From Gemmatimonadaceae bacterium (GTDB lineage: Bacteria; Gemmatimonadota; Gemmatimonadetes; Gemmatimonadales; Gemmatimonadaceae): DNA of 64,000 nt. The stretch lies in contig JBHYGA010000004.1 in the NCBI GenBank assembly GCA_051859245.1, positions 996,030-1,060,029 of the forward strand. The letters run 5' to 3'. A model generated the notes under the pieces. It did not search any database. It saw only the letters and a program-made list of their open reading frames with translations, and was not told the origin of the DNA. Below are positions 1 through 9,242 of the stretch, piece after piece (positions within the stretch are counted from its first letter, which is position 1; each line of letters starts with the position of its first letter). The position numbers and the translations under genes are program-made.

Positions 1-31
1 GGTCGCAATCACAGGCGGCGACCTCAGCTGT

Positions 32-75
32 ATGCAAGTTGTTACTTGCATGCAAGCATGTGCTTGCATTAGACT
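32..75 (+). promoter_or_regulatory. Tandem palindromic operators (ATGCAAG-N6-CTTGCAT at 32-51 and 50-69) overlapping a probable promoter (TTGCAT 46-51, TAGACT 70-75) of the tetR-efflux operon
   Basis: Two perfect 8-bp-arm palindromes read directly, immediately upstream of a TetR gene; typical autoregulatory layout. Confidence 0.7.
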
Positions 76-81
76 CCCACC

Positions 82-762
82 ATGCAAGGAAACCGAGACC
101 GAATCATTGAGGCGGCGGCCCGCATCTATGCCCAGCATGGATACCGGGGCGCCACCACGCGACGGATTGCCGATGAAGCGGGGGTCAACGAGATCACCGT
201 CTTTCGGCACTTCGGCAGCAAAAGTGCCCTGCTCGATTCCGTGGTCCAGGAGTGCGGTATTGCCGATAAGGTGCCGCCGCTTCCCAGCAAGCCCGTGGAT
301 CCGCAAGCGGAACTCACCGCCTGGATTCAGGCCCGAATGGATCACACGCGGGCAATTCGACTGTTGATCCTGCAAACCATGAGTGAGTTGCAGGAGCGGC
401 CGGATATGGGGCCCTGCGTCGGGCACGGACCGGTCGATGCAGCCAACCAGCTGCGCGACTATGTGGTGCGGCTCCGTCGGCACGGGCTGCTTGATACCCG
501 TCCAGGCATGGGGCTCAAGCCGCTCGAGGTCAATGCCGCGGTTGCCATGCTCATGAACGCCTACTTCGGAGACGCCATGAGCCGTCAGATGATGCCCGAC
601 ATGTTTCCGTCACCACCAGAAAAGGCAGCGGCTGCCTACGTCCGAGTCTTTTTGCGCGCCATCGGATTTCGTACCCATGAAAATGGGACATCCGACCCGT
701 CTCCCGATGAAGCATCCACGCGTACCGTACGACACGGCGCATCAGCTTCATCATCTCTCTGA
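82..762 (+). CDS. TetR/AcrR family transcriptional regulator
   Basis: N-terminal HTH RIIEAAARIYAQHGYRGATTRRIADEAGVNEITVFRHFGSK. Confidence 0.95.
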   Translation: MQGNRDRIIEAAARIYAQHGYRGATTRRIADEAGVNEITVFRHFGSKSALLDSVVQECGIADKVPPLPSKPVDPQAELTAWIQARMDHTRAIRLLILQTMSELQERPDMGPCVGHGPVDAANQLRDYVVRLRRHGLLDTRPGMGLKPLEVNAAVAMLMNAYFGDAMSRQMMPDMFPSPPEKAAAAYVRVFLRAIGFRTHENGTSDPSPDEASTRTVRHGASASSSL

Positions 763-771
763 GTTCCCTTT

Positions 772-2373
772 ATGTCTTTTCGTATGCGTATCTCGCCCGC
801 CTGGCTCGGCGCGATCATACTGATGGTTTCGCAGAATGCAGACGCACAGTCTGCGGCCCCACGATCGCTGTCGATCGAAGAAGCGCTCGCGCTCGCCAGT
901 GGCAGCAGTGAAACACTCGGGCTCGCGCGCGCCGGCATCACCCGCTCGCGCGGCCAGCAGTTTCAGGCGCGTTCGCAGATTCTGCCGCAGGTCACCACAT
1001 CACTGAACTATCAGAAGCAGCTGCAGAACCAGTTCGAAGCCATCACGCGACGCTTCTCCAGCGGCGACAATGGCGGCGGCAGTGATTCAAGCGGCGGCGG
1101 TGACCTGGCCGACAATCCGATCACCAGAATTTTTGCCTCGCCATACACCACGACGTTCACGCTACAGGCGTCGCAGCCATTGTTCACAGGCGGACGGGCG
1201 CGCGCGAATATCGAGGCGGCACGGCTCGGACGGTCATCCTCGGAGCTCGGCCTCACCAGCGCGGAAGCGCAAGTGAAGCTCGACATCACGCAGTCGTATT
1301 ACGACGCAGTGCTCGCCGAACGCCTCGTGGCGATCGCGGAATCGTCGCTCGTGCAGTCGGAGCGCACACTGCGACAGGTGCAACTCACGTTCAACGTGGG
1401 TAACACCTCTGAGTTTGAACTGATTCGCGCGCGTGTCACACGCGACAATCAGCGGCCGCAGTATCTGCAAACGCGTACGCAGCGTGATCTCGCACACCTG
1501 CGACTCAAGCAGTTGCTCGACTTGCCGCTCGATCAGCCACTCACGCTCACTAGTCCCATTCAGGAAGCACCAGAGCGTGCCGTTACGGCAGCGGCGGAGC
1601 CCACGTCACTCAATGTGTCGCGCGATGACGTGATCGGTACCGATCCGCGCATTCGCGAAGCGGTGAACACGGTGCTGCAGAGCGTGGACACCAGCGTCAG
1701 TGTGCGACTGCCCGTGAAACAGGCCGAGCTCGGTGTGAACGTGGCGCAGCAACAGCTCAAGTCAACAAAGGCGCAGCGCTGGCCGCAGCTTTCGCTGAGC
1801 ACGAACTACCAGCGCTTCGCGTATCCGGACGACGGAGTTCCGCGTTCACTCGCGGACTTCTTTCCGAACTGGTCAGTGAGTCTTGGTGCTTCTGTTCCGC
1901 TCTTCACGGGCGGTCGTGTGAAGGGCGAGATCATGGCGGCGGAGGCTGGCGTGGAAGAAGCCCGCATTCGTTTGCAGCAAACGCGTGAAGCGGCGCTCTT
2001 CGATGCGCAGCAGAGTGTCATGCAGTTGGAGCAGGCGCAGGCGGCCTGGCAGGCAAGTGTTGGTACTGCTGACCAGGCACAACGCGGTTACGACATTGCC
2101 GAGGTGCGCTATCGCGAAGGCATCTCAACGCAGGTGGAACTGTCTGAAACACGCGTGCAGTTACAGCAGGCACTCGCGAATCGCGCGCAGGCCGCACGCG
2201 ATCTGCAAGTAGCTCGTGTTCGTCTCTCGTTGTTGCGCGATTTGCCCTTGTCACAAGCGGGTGCCACCAGCATGCCGCAGCAGTCCACTACTCCATCACG
2301 TCAGTCCCAGCCCGCCGGCGCCGCCGGTGGTTCCACCCAGCCCGGCACGCCGAGCGGAGGCTTTTTCCAATGA
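772..2373 (+). CDS. TolC family outer membrane efflux protein
   Basis: Signal peptide, two OEP-like repeats, C-terminal RYREGISTQVEL motif; precedes MFP and RND genes. Confidence 0.93.
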   Translation: MSFRMRISPAWLGAIILMVSQNADAQSAAPRSLSIEEALALASGSSETLGLARAGITRSRGQQFQARSQILPQVTTSLNYQKQLQNQFEAITRRFSSGDNGGGSDSSGGGDLADNPITRIFASPYTTTFTLQASQPLFTGGRARANIEAARLGRSSSELGLTSAEAQVKLDITQSYYDAVLAERLVAIAESSLVQSERTLRQVQLTFNVGNTSEFELIRARVTRDNQRPQYLQTRTQRDLAHLRLKQLLDLPLDQPLTLTSPIQEAPERAVTAAAEPTSLNVSRDDVIGTDPRIREAVNTVLQSVDTSVSVRLPVKQAELGVNVAQQQLKSTKAQRWPQLSLSTNYQRFAYPDDGVPRSLADFFPNWSVSLGASVPLFTGGRVKGEIMAAEAGVEEARIRLQQTREAALFDAQQSVMQLEQAQAAWQASVGTADQAQRGYDIAEVRYREGISTQVELSETRVQLQQALANRAQAARDLQVARVRLSLLRDLPLSQAGATSMPQQSTTPSRQSQPAGAAGGSTQPGTPSGGFFQ

Positions 2374-3560
2374 GTACGCGTACTCGGCGCGTTGTGGCGC
2401 CGCTTCAGAGTGCAGTGGGTGTGTTGTTGTTGGGTGCGTTGGCTGCGTGCGGCGGTTCAGATGCGGCACCGGTTGATACGGCGCCCATCACGCAGCAGAT
2501 CGGCAGCGAGAACGTGATTGTCGCAGCCTCGGACAATATCGTGGGCGGTCCGCTGCTCACCGGTGCGCTGGTGCCGTCGCGCGAAGCACGCATTCGTGCG
2601 GAACTTGCTGGTCGTGTGTTGAGCACCGCGGTTGAAGCGGGCCAGCGCGTTTCCGCCGGCACCATACTCGCGCGCATTGACGACGCGTCACTCAGTGACG
2701 ACGCCATGTCGGCGCGTTCAGGACTCACGACAGCCGAACTCACGTACACGCAGGCTGAACGTGAACTGGAACGCGCCCGCACACTTGCCAAAGCGGGTGC
2801 GATTGCGGTGCGCGATGTCGAAAGCGCTGAGCGCGCAGCACTGCAGGCCAAGGCGGGACTCGATGACGCCAAGGCGCGTGTTGCCGCTCGTGCGAAAGCA
2901 CTCGGCAACACCGTATTGCGCGCGCCGTTCGCCGGTGTCGTCAGCGAACGGTCGGTAAACGCGGGTGATATTGTCACGCCTGGTGCAGCGATGTTCACGA
3001 TTGTGGATCCGTCGAGTCTGCGTCTTGAAGGTTCGGTGCCGGCCGAAGCAGCGGGTCGTGTTGCCGTTGGAGCGAAGGTCGATTTTGCGCTGAATGGCTA
3101 TCCTGATCGTGTGTTTGCTGGTCGTGTGTCGCAGGTGAATCCGGTGGCCGATCCGGTGACGCGTCAGGTACGCATTATCGCCACGCTCCCGAATCTGACT
3201 GGCACACTCGTTGGCGGATTGTTCGCCGAAGGTCGTGTTGCCACCGAAACGCACGACGGCGTCGTGGTTCCTGAATCCGCGATCGACCAGCGCGGTGTGA
3301 ATCCGTTTGCGGTACGCCTTCGCAACGGTCAGGTTGAGCGCGTTGACGTCACACTCGGCGTCCGCGATGCGGCCAACGAGCGTCTGGAGATTCTTACCGG
3401 CGTGAGCGTTGGCGACACACTCCTGCTTGGCGCTGCGCGTGCGATTTCTGTTGGTACGCCAGTGAAAGTGAGCGAGCCGAGCGATGCCACGCGCGCGCCG
3501 GCAACGCCAGCGGCACCCACGGCCACGACGCCGGCACCAGCCGACTCGTCCACTCGTTGA
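2370..3560 (+). CDS. RND efflux periplasmic adaptor (MFP) subunit, lipoprotein
   Basis: Lipobox LAAC, lipoyl/hairpin motifs (LRAPFAGVV), ATGA overlap with tolC-like gene. Confidence 0.93.
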   Translation: MSTRTRRVVAPLQSAVGVLLLGALAACGGSDAAPVDTAPITQQIGSENVIVAASDNIVGGPLLTGALVPSREARIRAELAGRVLSTAVEAGQRVSAGTILARIDDASLSDDAMSARSGLTTAELTYTQAERELERARTLAKAGAIAVRDVESAERAALQAKAGLDDAKARVAARAKALGNTVLRAPFAGVVSERSVNAGDIVTPGAAMFTIVDPSSLRLEGSVPAEAAGRVAVGAKVDFALNGYPDRVFAGRVSQVNPVADPVTRQVRIIATLPNLTGTLVGGLFAEGRVATETHDGVVVPESAIDQRGVNPFAVRLRNGQVERVDVTLGVRDAANERLEILTGVSVGDTLLLGAARAISVGTPVKVSEPSDATRAPATPAAPTATTPAPADSSTR

Positions 3561-3608
3561 TTATCGGCTTCGCGCCGCACCGTACAATCGCCTCGAGGCA
3601 CCGGATCG

Positions 3609-6600
3609 ATGTTTATTTCTGATTACGCTATCAAGCGACCACTGCTCACCGTCGTCGCCATGCTCGCGCTGGTTGCGGCGGGTGGTGTGTCGTTGCTGTT
3701 GCTGCAAACGGACGAGTTCCCCGATGTGCAGCCGCCGGTCGTGCTCACCACCATCATCTATCCGGGCGCGTCGCCGGATCAGGTGGAGCGCGAAATTCTT
3801 GAGCCGATGGAAGAAGCCATTCAGGGCATCTCTGGTGTGGACCAGATCACCAGCGAAGCGCGTGATGGATTTGCGCAGGTTGTCACGAAGTTTGTCTTCG
3901 AGAAAGACCTGCAGGTTGCCACGCAAGACATTCGCGACGCGATCAGCGCGCGACGTCAGGACTTTCCGGCCGAAATGGAAGAGCCGTTGTTTCGGCGCTT
4001 CGATCCGGCCGACCGTCCCATCATTACGCTGGCGCTGACCTCCGACGTGCTTACACCAGCACAGCTCACGCTCCTGGCCGATCCTGGCATTACGCGTGAA
4101 CTACGCGCGGTGGCTGGTGTTGCTAACGTGGAAGTGTCGGGCGGCGTGGAACGCGAAATGACGGTGGAGCTGGATCCCATGCGTCTGCAGTCGGCCGGTG
4201 TGACGGTGCCGCAAGTTGTGGCGGCGCTGCAGTCGCAGAATCTGGCCGTACCGGTGGGACGCATTGGTGGCTCGCTCGACGAACGCACGATTCGTCTCAA
4301 GGGCCGTCTTGATGGTCCGGAAGACTTTGCACAAATGGTGGTGAGTCAGCGCGGTGGACAGCTCGTGCGACTCGCTGATGTAGCGATTGTGAAAGATGGC
4401 ACGGAAGAAGCGCGTACACTCGCGCTCTTCAACGGCCGTGACGCTGTCGGTATCGACATCACCAAAACCAAAGGCTACTCCACCACGGCCGTCTCCGAGC
4501 AGCTCATTGCCAAGGTCGACGAACTGATTCCCACGCTGCCCAAGGGTGTGGAGATCAAAGTGGTGAAGAACTCCGGTGTACGCGTAACGAATTCCGTCAC
4601 CAACGTGCAGCAGACGTTGGTGGAAGGTGCGATTCTCACCGTCCTCGTGGTCTTCGTGTTCCTGAACTCGTGGCGTTCCACCGTGATCACCGGCCTGGCG
4701 TTGCCGGTATCTGTACTGGCTAGCTTTGTGGCGGTGTGGGCGTTTGGCTTTACGCTCAACACCATGTCGTTGCTCGGTCTCTCGCTGGCGATCGGTATTC
4801 TGATTGACGACGCGATCGTGGTGCGAGAGAACATTGTGCGACATGTGGAGATGGGTAAAGACCACTACACTGCCGCGCGTGAAGGTACCGCGGAAATTGG
4901 ACTGGCGGTGACCGCGACCACATTCGCGATTGTGGCGGTGTTCATTCCGATTGCGTTCCTCTATGGTGAGGCCGGACAGTGGTTCAAACCACTGGCGCTT
5001 ACGATTGCGTGCTCCGTGCTCGTGTCGTTGTTCGTGTCGTTCTCGCTTGACCCCATGTTGTCGGCCTACTGGCCCGACCCGCATGTGCCGGAAGAAAAGA
5101 AGGCCTGGATCACGAAAAAGCTCGACAAGTTCAACATCTGGTTTAACGGCCTGGCCACGCGCTATCGCGGGGTGATTGCGTGGGCGCTTGATCATCCCAA
5201 ATCAATGGTTGGTCTGGCCGTGGTGACGTTTGTGGCAGCGCTTGCGATGCCGGCCACGGGCTTGGTAGGCGGCGGCTTCTTTCCAATCGATGATCGCAGT
5301 GAGCTGAACATGGCCGTGGAAACACCGCCAGGTGCGAACCTTGATTACATGCGTCTCAAGGTGAATGAAGCGCTGGCGATTGCGAAGTCGCAGCCCGAAG
5401 TGGAATACACATTCGCGTCCGTTGGCGGTGGTTCGGGTTCGGTAGACAAGGCGAATCTGTACTTCCGACTCACGCCCAAGAACACCCGTGATCGCAGTGC
5501 CGAAGATGTGGGCGCCGCGATGCGTGAAGAAGTGAAGCGTATTGCCGGCGCCGATGTGTCGGTGTACACCAACGATTTTGCGGGTTCTGAAAAGCAGATC
5601 CAGTTGCAGTTGCGCGGACAGGATATCGCGCAGTTGCAGCCGGTGGCCGAACAGTACCTCGCGGCAATCCGCACGGTGCCGGGCGCAGTAGACATCGGCC
5701 TGTCCACACGCGGACAGAAGCCCGAGCTGGATGTAAGCGTGGACCGCGGGCTCGCGGGATCACTCGGGCTCACGGTTGGTGCCGTGGCGCAGTCGTTGCG
5801 CCCGGCATTCGCGGGCATCGAAGTGGGAACGTGGGTTGACCCGTCGGGTGAAACGCGTGATGTGCGTGTGCGCTTTAGTGAAGCGGCGCGTGCGCGTGCG
5901 GCTGACCTCGAGCAGATCCCGATCTCGGTTGGTGCCGCGGGTGCGGCGCAGCAGATCGTGCCGCTCGGCCAGGTCGCACGCATTTCGCCCGCGCTCGGTC
6001 CGGCCGTGATCAATCATCTGGACCGCGACGCGGTCATCACGGTACAGGCCAACACGGCTGGTCGTTCACTTTCCGAAGTTTTGGCCGATATCAATAAGGC
6101 AACCGCCGGAATCCCGTTACCGCCCGGTGTGCGGTACAGCGAAGGCGGTCAGGTCGAGCAGCAAACGGAAGTGTTTACCAAGATCTTTGTTGCGCTCGGC
6201 GTGGCCGTTGGTCTGATGTATCTGATTCTCGTGGTGCAGTTCGGATCGTTCCTGGATCCGTTGGCGATTCTGGTGTCGTTGCCGCTGTCGCTCATTGGTG
6301 TGATGGGAGCACTCGCGATCACGGGTGCCACGATCAACATCATGAGCATGATCGGTGTGATCTTGCTGGCTGGCATTGTGGCCAAAAACGCCATTCTGCT
6401 GATCGACTTTGCGAAAACGGCGCGTGAGCAGCAGGGCATGCCGTTGCGCGAGGCGCTTATTGAAGCGGGCGCGATTCGGTTGCGCCCCATTCTCATGACC
6501 ACCTTTGCACTCGTGGCCGGCATGGTGCCGATCGCGCTGGGAACGGGCGAAGGTGCGCAGTTCCGGTCGCCGCTTGGTATCGCGGTCATCGGTGGTGTCA

Positions 6601-6764
6601 TCACGTCGACCGTGTTGACGCTCGTTGTGGTGCCTACGGTGTACGAGTTGCTCGACAGCATGCGTTCGCGTGTGCTGCGCACGGTGGGGCTCAAGCCACC
6701 GCAAACCGGGCAGTTCCGCACGTATGGTAGCGGTGGTGCACCGTTGCCGAGCATTGGTGACTGA
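3609..6764 (+). CDS. RND efflux transporter permease (AcrB/AcrD/AcrF family)
   Basis: 1051 aa, GILIDDAIVVRENI, KNAILLIDF, RLRPILMT motifs. Confidence 0.97.
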   Translation: MFISDYAIKRPLLTVVAMLALVAAGGVSLLLLQTDEFPDVQPPVVLTTIIYPGASPDQVEREILEPMEEAIQGISGVDQITSEARDGFAQVVTKFVFEKDLQVATQDIRDAISARRQDFPAEMEEPLFRRFDPADRPIITLALTSDVLTPAQLTLLADPGITRELRAVAGVANVEVSGGVEREMTVELDPMRLQSAGVTVPQVVAALQSQNLAVPVGRIGGSLDERTIRLKGRLDGPEDFAQMVVSQRGGQLVRLADVAIVKDGTEEARTLALFNGRDAVGIDITKTKGYSTTAVSEQLIAKVDELIPTLPKGVEIKVVKNSGVRVTNSVTNVQQTLVEGAILTVLVVFVFLNSWRSTVITGLALPVSVLASFVAVWAFGFTLNTMSLLGLSLAIGILIDDAIVVRENIVRHVEMGKDHYTAAREGTAEIGLAVTATTFAIVAVFIPIAFLYGEAGQWFKPLALTIACSVLVSLFVSFSLDPMLSAYWPDPHVPEEKKAWITKKLDKFNIWFNGLATRYRGVIAWALDHPKSMVGLAVVTFVAALAMPATGLVGGGFFPIDDRSELNMAVETPPGANLDYMRLKVNEALAIAKSQPEVEYTFASVGGGSGSVDKANLYFRLTPKNTRDRSAEDVGAAMREEVKRIAGADVSVYTNDFAGSEKQIQLQLRGQDIAQLQPVAEQYLAAIRTVPGAVDIGLSTRGQKPELDVSVDRGLAGSLGLTVGAVAQSLRPAFAGIEVGTWVDPSGETRDVRVRFSEAARARAADLEQIPISVGAAGAAQQIVPLGQVARISPALGPAVINHLDRDAVITVQANTAGRSLSEVLADINKATAGIPLPPGVRYSEGGQVEQQTEVFTKIFVALGVAVGLMYLILVVQFGSFLDPLAILVSLPLSLIGVMGALAITGATINIMSMIGVILLAGIVAKNAILLIDFAKTAREQQGMPLREALIEAGAIRLRPILMTTFALVAGMVPIALGTGEGAQFRSPLGIAVIGGVITSTVLTLVVVPTVYELLDSMRSRVLRTVGLKPPQTGQFRTYGSGGAPLPSIGD

Positions 6765-6878
6765 CCGCGAGGCATGCAGTCGCGGTCTGGACCAACAGGT
6801 TAGCATTCGGGGGCGTGTATCCGGACTCGGTGTCACGCCCCCGATCGTATCTCACATGTCACTGACAATTCGCTGGTT

Positions 6879-7565
6879 TTGATGTTTTCGCGCCTGTTGC
6901 TGGTGTCTGCTGCGAGTGTTGCCATGGCAACGATTGTCCCGACTGCCGATGGCATGCTCGAGGCGATCGCCGCTGTGGAAGACCGTTTCAGCACGTACGC
7001 CGCACTCGGCGCATCGGCGATCGCGGTCTCCGAGCTCGCCCCGATTTTTGGCGGCATCGCGGCGCAGGAAGGACAGCTGCGCGTGAGCAACGTGATCGTC
7101 GCGATCACGCTTGGTGGCTGGATTGCCACTACGCTGCTCTATCTGCTCGGCCGGCTCAAGTGGGAGTGGCTCCGACGCAAGTGGCCCACAGCGCGCAGCG
7201 CCGGCACCGTTGCGCTACGCGTTGTGCGCCGCAACCCGGCGCGCGCGTCATTCATTGTGCGCTTCCTCTTCGGTGGCCGCATTCTGCTCCCCATCGCGTG
7301 CGGCGCGGCGCGTGTGCCGCTGCCTGTCTATCTGCCGATGTCGTTGCTCGGGTCACTCGCGTGGACGCTGGTGTTTGTGCTCGTGGGCATCGCTGCGGGC
7401 GAAGCCGCTGAACAGGTGCTCGGTCGGCTCAAGAACGCCGAGACCGTCGTAATGGCCGTCGGCGCATCACTCATTGTCTTCGCCGGCGTCTGGTGGTGGC
7501 GTCGACGTGAGCGGCGGATCGCGCGACGCGCCGCAGCGTCGCTCGCAAAGCGCGCGCAGCCGTAG
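6879..7565 (+). CDS. DedA/VTT family membrane protein
   Basis: LLYLLGR and RFLFGGR-type DedA motifs, hydrophobic helices; start uncertain. Confidence 0.8.
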   Translation: MMFSRLLLVSAASVAMATIVPTADGMLEAIAAVEDRFSTYAALGASAIAVSELAPIFGGIAAQEGQLRVSNVIVAITLGGWIATTLLYLLGRLKWEWLRRKWPTARSAGTVALRVVRRNPARASFIVRFLFGGRILLPIACGAARVPLPVYLPMSLLGSLAWTLVFVLVGIAAGEAAEQVLGRLKNAETVVMAVGASLIVFAGVWWWRRRERRIARRAAASLAKRAQP

Positions 7566-7580
7566 GGGCTCTGTGCGTAC

Positions 7581-7771
7581 GTGCTCCTAATGCTGGGGGA
7601 ACTGCGGCGGGAAGGACACGAAAGCACGAAAGACACGAAAACAGCAAAAGTTTGAGGAGATTCAGCCGCAGCGATTTTGCTGTTTCCCCAAAATCCATTG
7701 CAGTTGCTCTTCTTCGTGTCCTTCGTGCTTTCGTGTCCTTCCCGCCGCAGTTCCCCCAGCATTAGGAGCAC
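7581..7771. repeat. Intergenic long inverted-repeat element, family A copy 1 (59-bp arms 7581-7639 / 7713-7771; MITE/REPIN-like)
   Basis: Arms match with 1 mismatch; homologous to 20105-20298 and 61599-61788 but in opposite orientation; fills the gap between convergent genes. Confidence 0.95.
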
Positions 7772-7787
7772 CTGCGCGACACGCTCC

Positions 7788-9242
7788 TTACCCCGCCATC
7801 ACCACCCGCGCCGCTTCACGCAGCGCCAGCCACGTGGCCTCGATGTGCTCCCGCTGCGTACGCACGCTGCCGATCGCGAGACGGATCACATAGCGGTCCT
7901 CGAGTTTGGTATGCGAGAGAAGCGCCACGCCACTCGCGTTCACATGTTCGAGGATGGCCGCGTTGATCGTGTTGCGCTCGACCTCAGTGGTGTTGGGCGG
8001 CACGTAGCGAAAGCAGACGAGCGAGAGTGGCACGGGTGCGCACAATTCCCAGTTGCCTTCGTAGTGCACCATGCCCGCAAACTCTCGAGCCAGTTCGCAG
8101 TGATGACGCAAGCGTTCTTCAATGCCGTCCGCACCAAAGGCACGCATCACCATCCAGAGTTTGAGCGAGCGAAAGCGCCGGCCCAGTTGCACGCCGTAGT
8201 CCATCAGGTTCACAACAGCGCCGTCACCCGGTGACCGCAGGTATTCGGCAACGAGCGAGAACGCACTGCGCAGCGCATCCGGGCGGCGTGTGTACATTAC
8301 CGAGCAGTCCACTGGTGTGAACAACCATTTGTGAGGGTTCACCACCAGTGAGTCGGCCGCGTCGACGCCTTCGAGCAACCAACGCATTTCGGGAACGATT
8401 GCCGCCGGGCCACCGTACGCGCCGTCTACGTGTACCCAGCAGTTGAACTCGCGCGCGATCGGCACGATTTCGCGCACACTGTCAATGCTTGATGTGCTCG
8501 TGGTGCCAACGGTTGCCACCACGGCCATCGGAGTAAATCCGGCGGTCGCGTCGGCTTCGAGTGCATCACGCAGTGCGTCAGTGCGCATACGGTACGCGCT
8601 GTCCACCGGAATCTTGATCACGTTCTCGTGACCAAGGCCCAGTGTGATGACGGCCTTTTCAACACTCGAGTGCGCATGTTCTGATGTGTACACACGCAGC
8701 GCGCGGAGATCGCGTCGTCCGGCCAGGCCGAGCGTGCGAATATCAAGCCCCAGCGCTTCACGTGCCGCAGCCAGCGCATAGAGTGTTGAGATCGACGCCG
8801 TGTCGGTGATCTGTCCAAACCAGCCGTCTCCGAGTCCCATGAGCTGGCGCAACCAGTCCACCGTGCGCAGCTCAAGTTCGGTGGCCGCGGGACTCGTGAG
8901 CCACAACATGTTGTTCACGTTGAGCCCTGCCGCGAACAACTCGCCAAGAATTCCCGGATACGATCCAGAAATCGAGAAGTAGCCAAAGAATGTTGGCGAG
9001 TTCCAGTGCGTGATGCCCGGCATGATCACGTTGTGAAAATCACGAACAATCGCATCGAGCGATTCCGCGTGCGCCGGTGCTGACTCGGGCAACTGCGCAG
9101 CGACGTCGCCCGGTGCGACTTGCGCGCGCACCGGATGACGTTCGGGATGTTCGAGATAATCAGCGATCCAGTCTACGGCTTCGTGCGCGGCCTTTCGGAA
9201 CTCTTCGGGCGACAGATCACCCAGTCGTGCTGCAGTGGTCAT
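7788..9242 (-). CDS. PLP-dependent group II (aromatic-L-amino-acid-type) decarboxylase
   Basis: PGITHWNSP, HVDGAYGG, NPHKWL (PLP lysine), GRRFRSLKLW motifs. Confidence 0.93.
   Translation of the reverse strand: MTTAARLGDLSPEEFRKAAHEAVDWIADYLEHPERHPVRAQVAPGDVAAQLPESAPAHAESLDAIVRDFHNVIMPGITHWNSPTFFGYFSISGSYPGILGELFAAGLNVNNMLWLTSPAATELELRTVDWLRQLMGLGDGWFGQITDTASISTLYALAAAREALGLDIRTLGLAGRRDLRALRVYTSEHAHSSVEKAVITLGLGHENVIKIPVDSAYRMRTDALRDALEADATAGFTPMAVVATVGTTSTSSIDSVREIVPIAREFNCWVHVDGAYGGPAAIVPEMRWLLEGVDAADSLVVNPHKWLFTPVDCSVMYTRRPDALRSAFSLVAEYLRSPGDGAVVNLMDYGVQLGRRFRSLKLWMVMRAFGADGIEERLRHHCELAREFAGMVHYEGNWELCAPVPLSLVCFRYVPPNTTEVERNTINAAILEHVNASGVALLSHTKLEDRYVIRLAIGSVRTQREHIEATWLALREAARVVMAG

Noticed and set aside
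4101..5195. 364-aa - strand ORF and similar long antisense ORFs (e.g. 17738-18700, 55626-56945, 60107-61306)
   Set aside because: Shadow frames of recognisable genes
7328..7771. ORFs running through the family A repeats (also 19850-20389, 61475-61693)
   Set aside because: The shared peptides (LGELRREGHESTKDTK, FVSFVLSCPSRRSSP) only reflect the DNA repeat; frames and starts are not conserved
7788..9242. Decarboxylase as substitute for panD, which is absent from the pan cluster
   Set aside because: 11 kb from panBC and motifs fit the aromatic-amino-acid type; panD may lie outside the window
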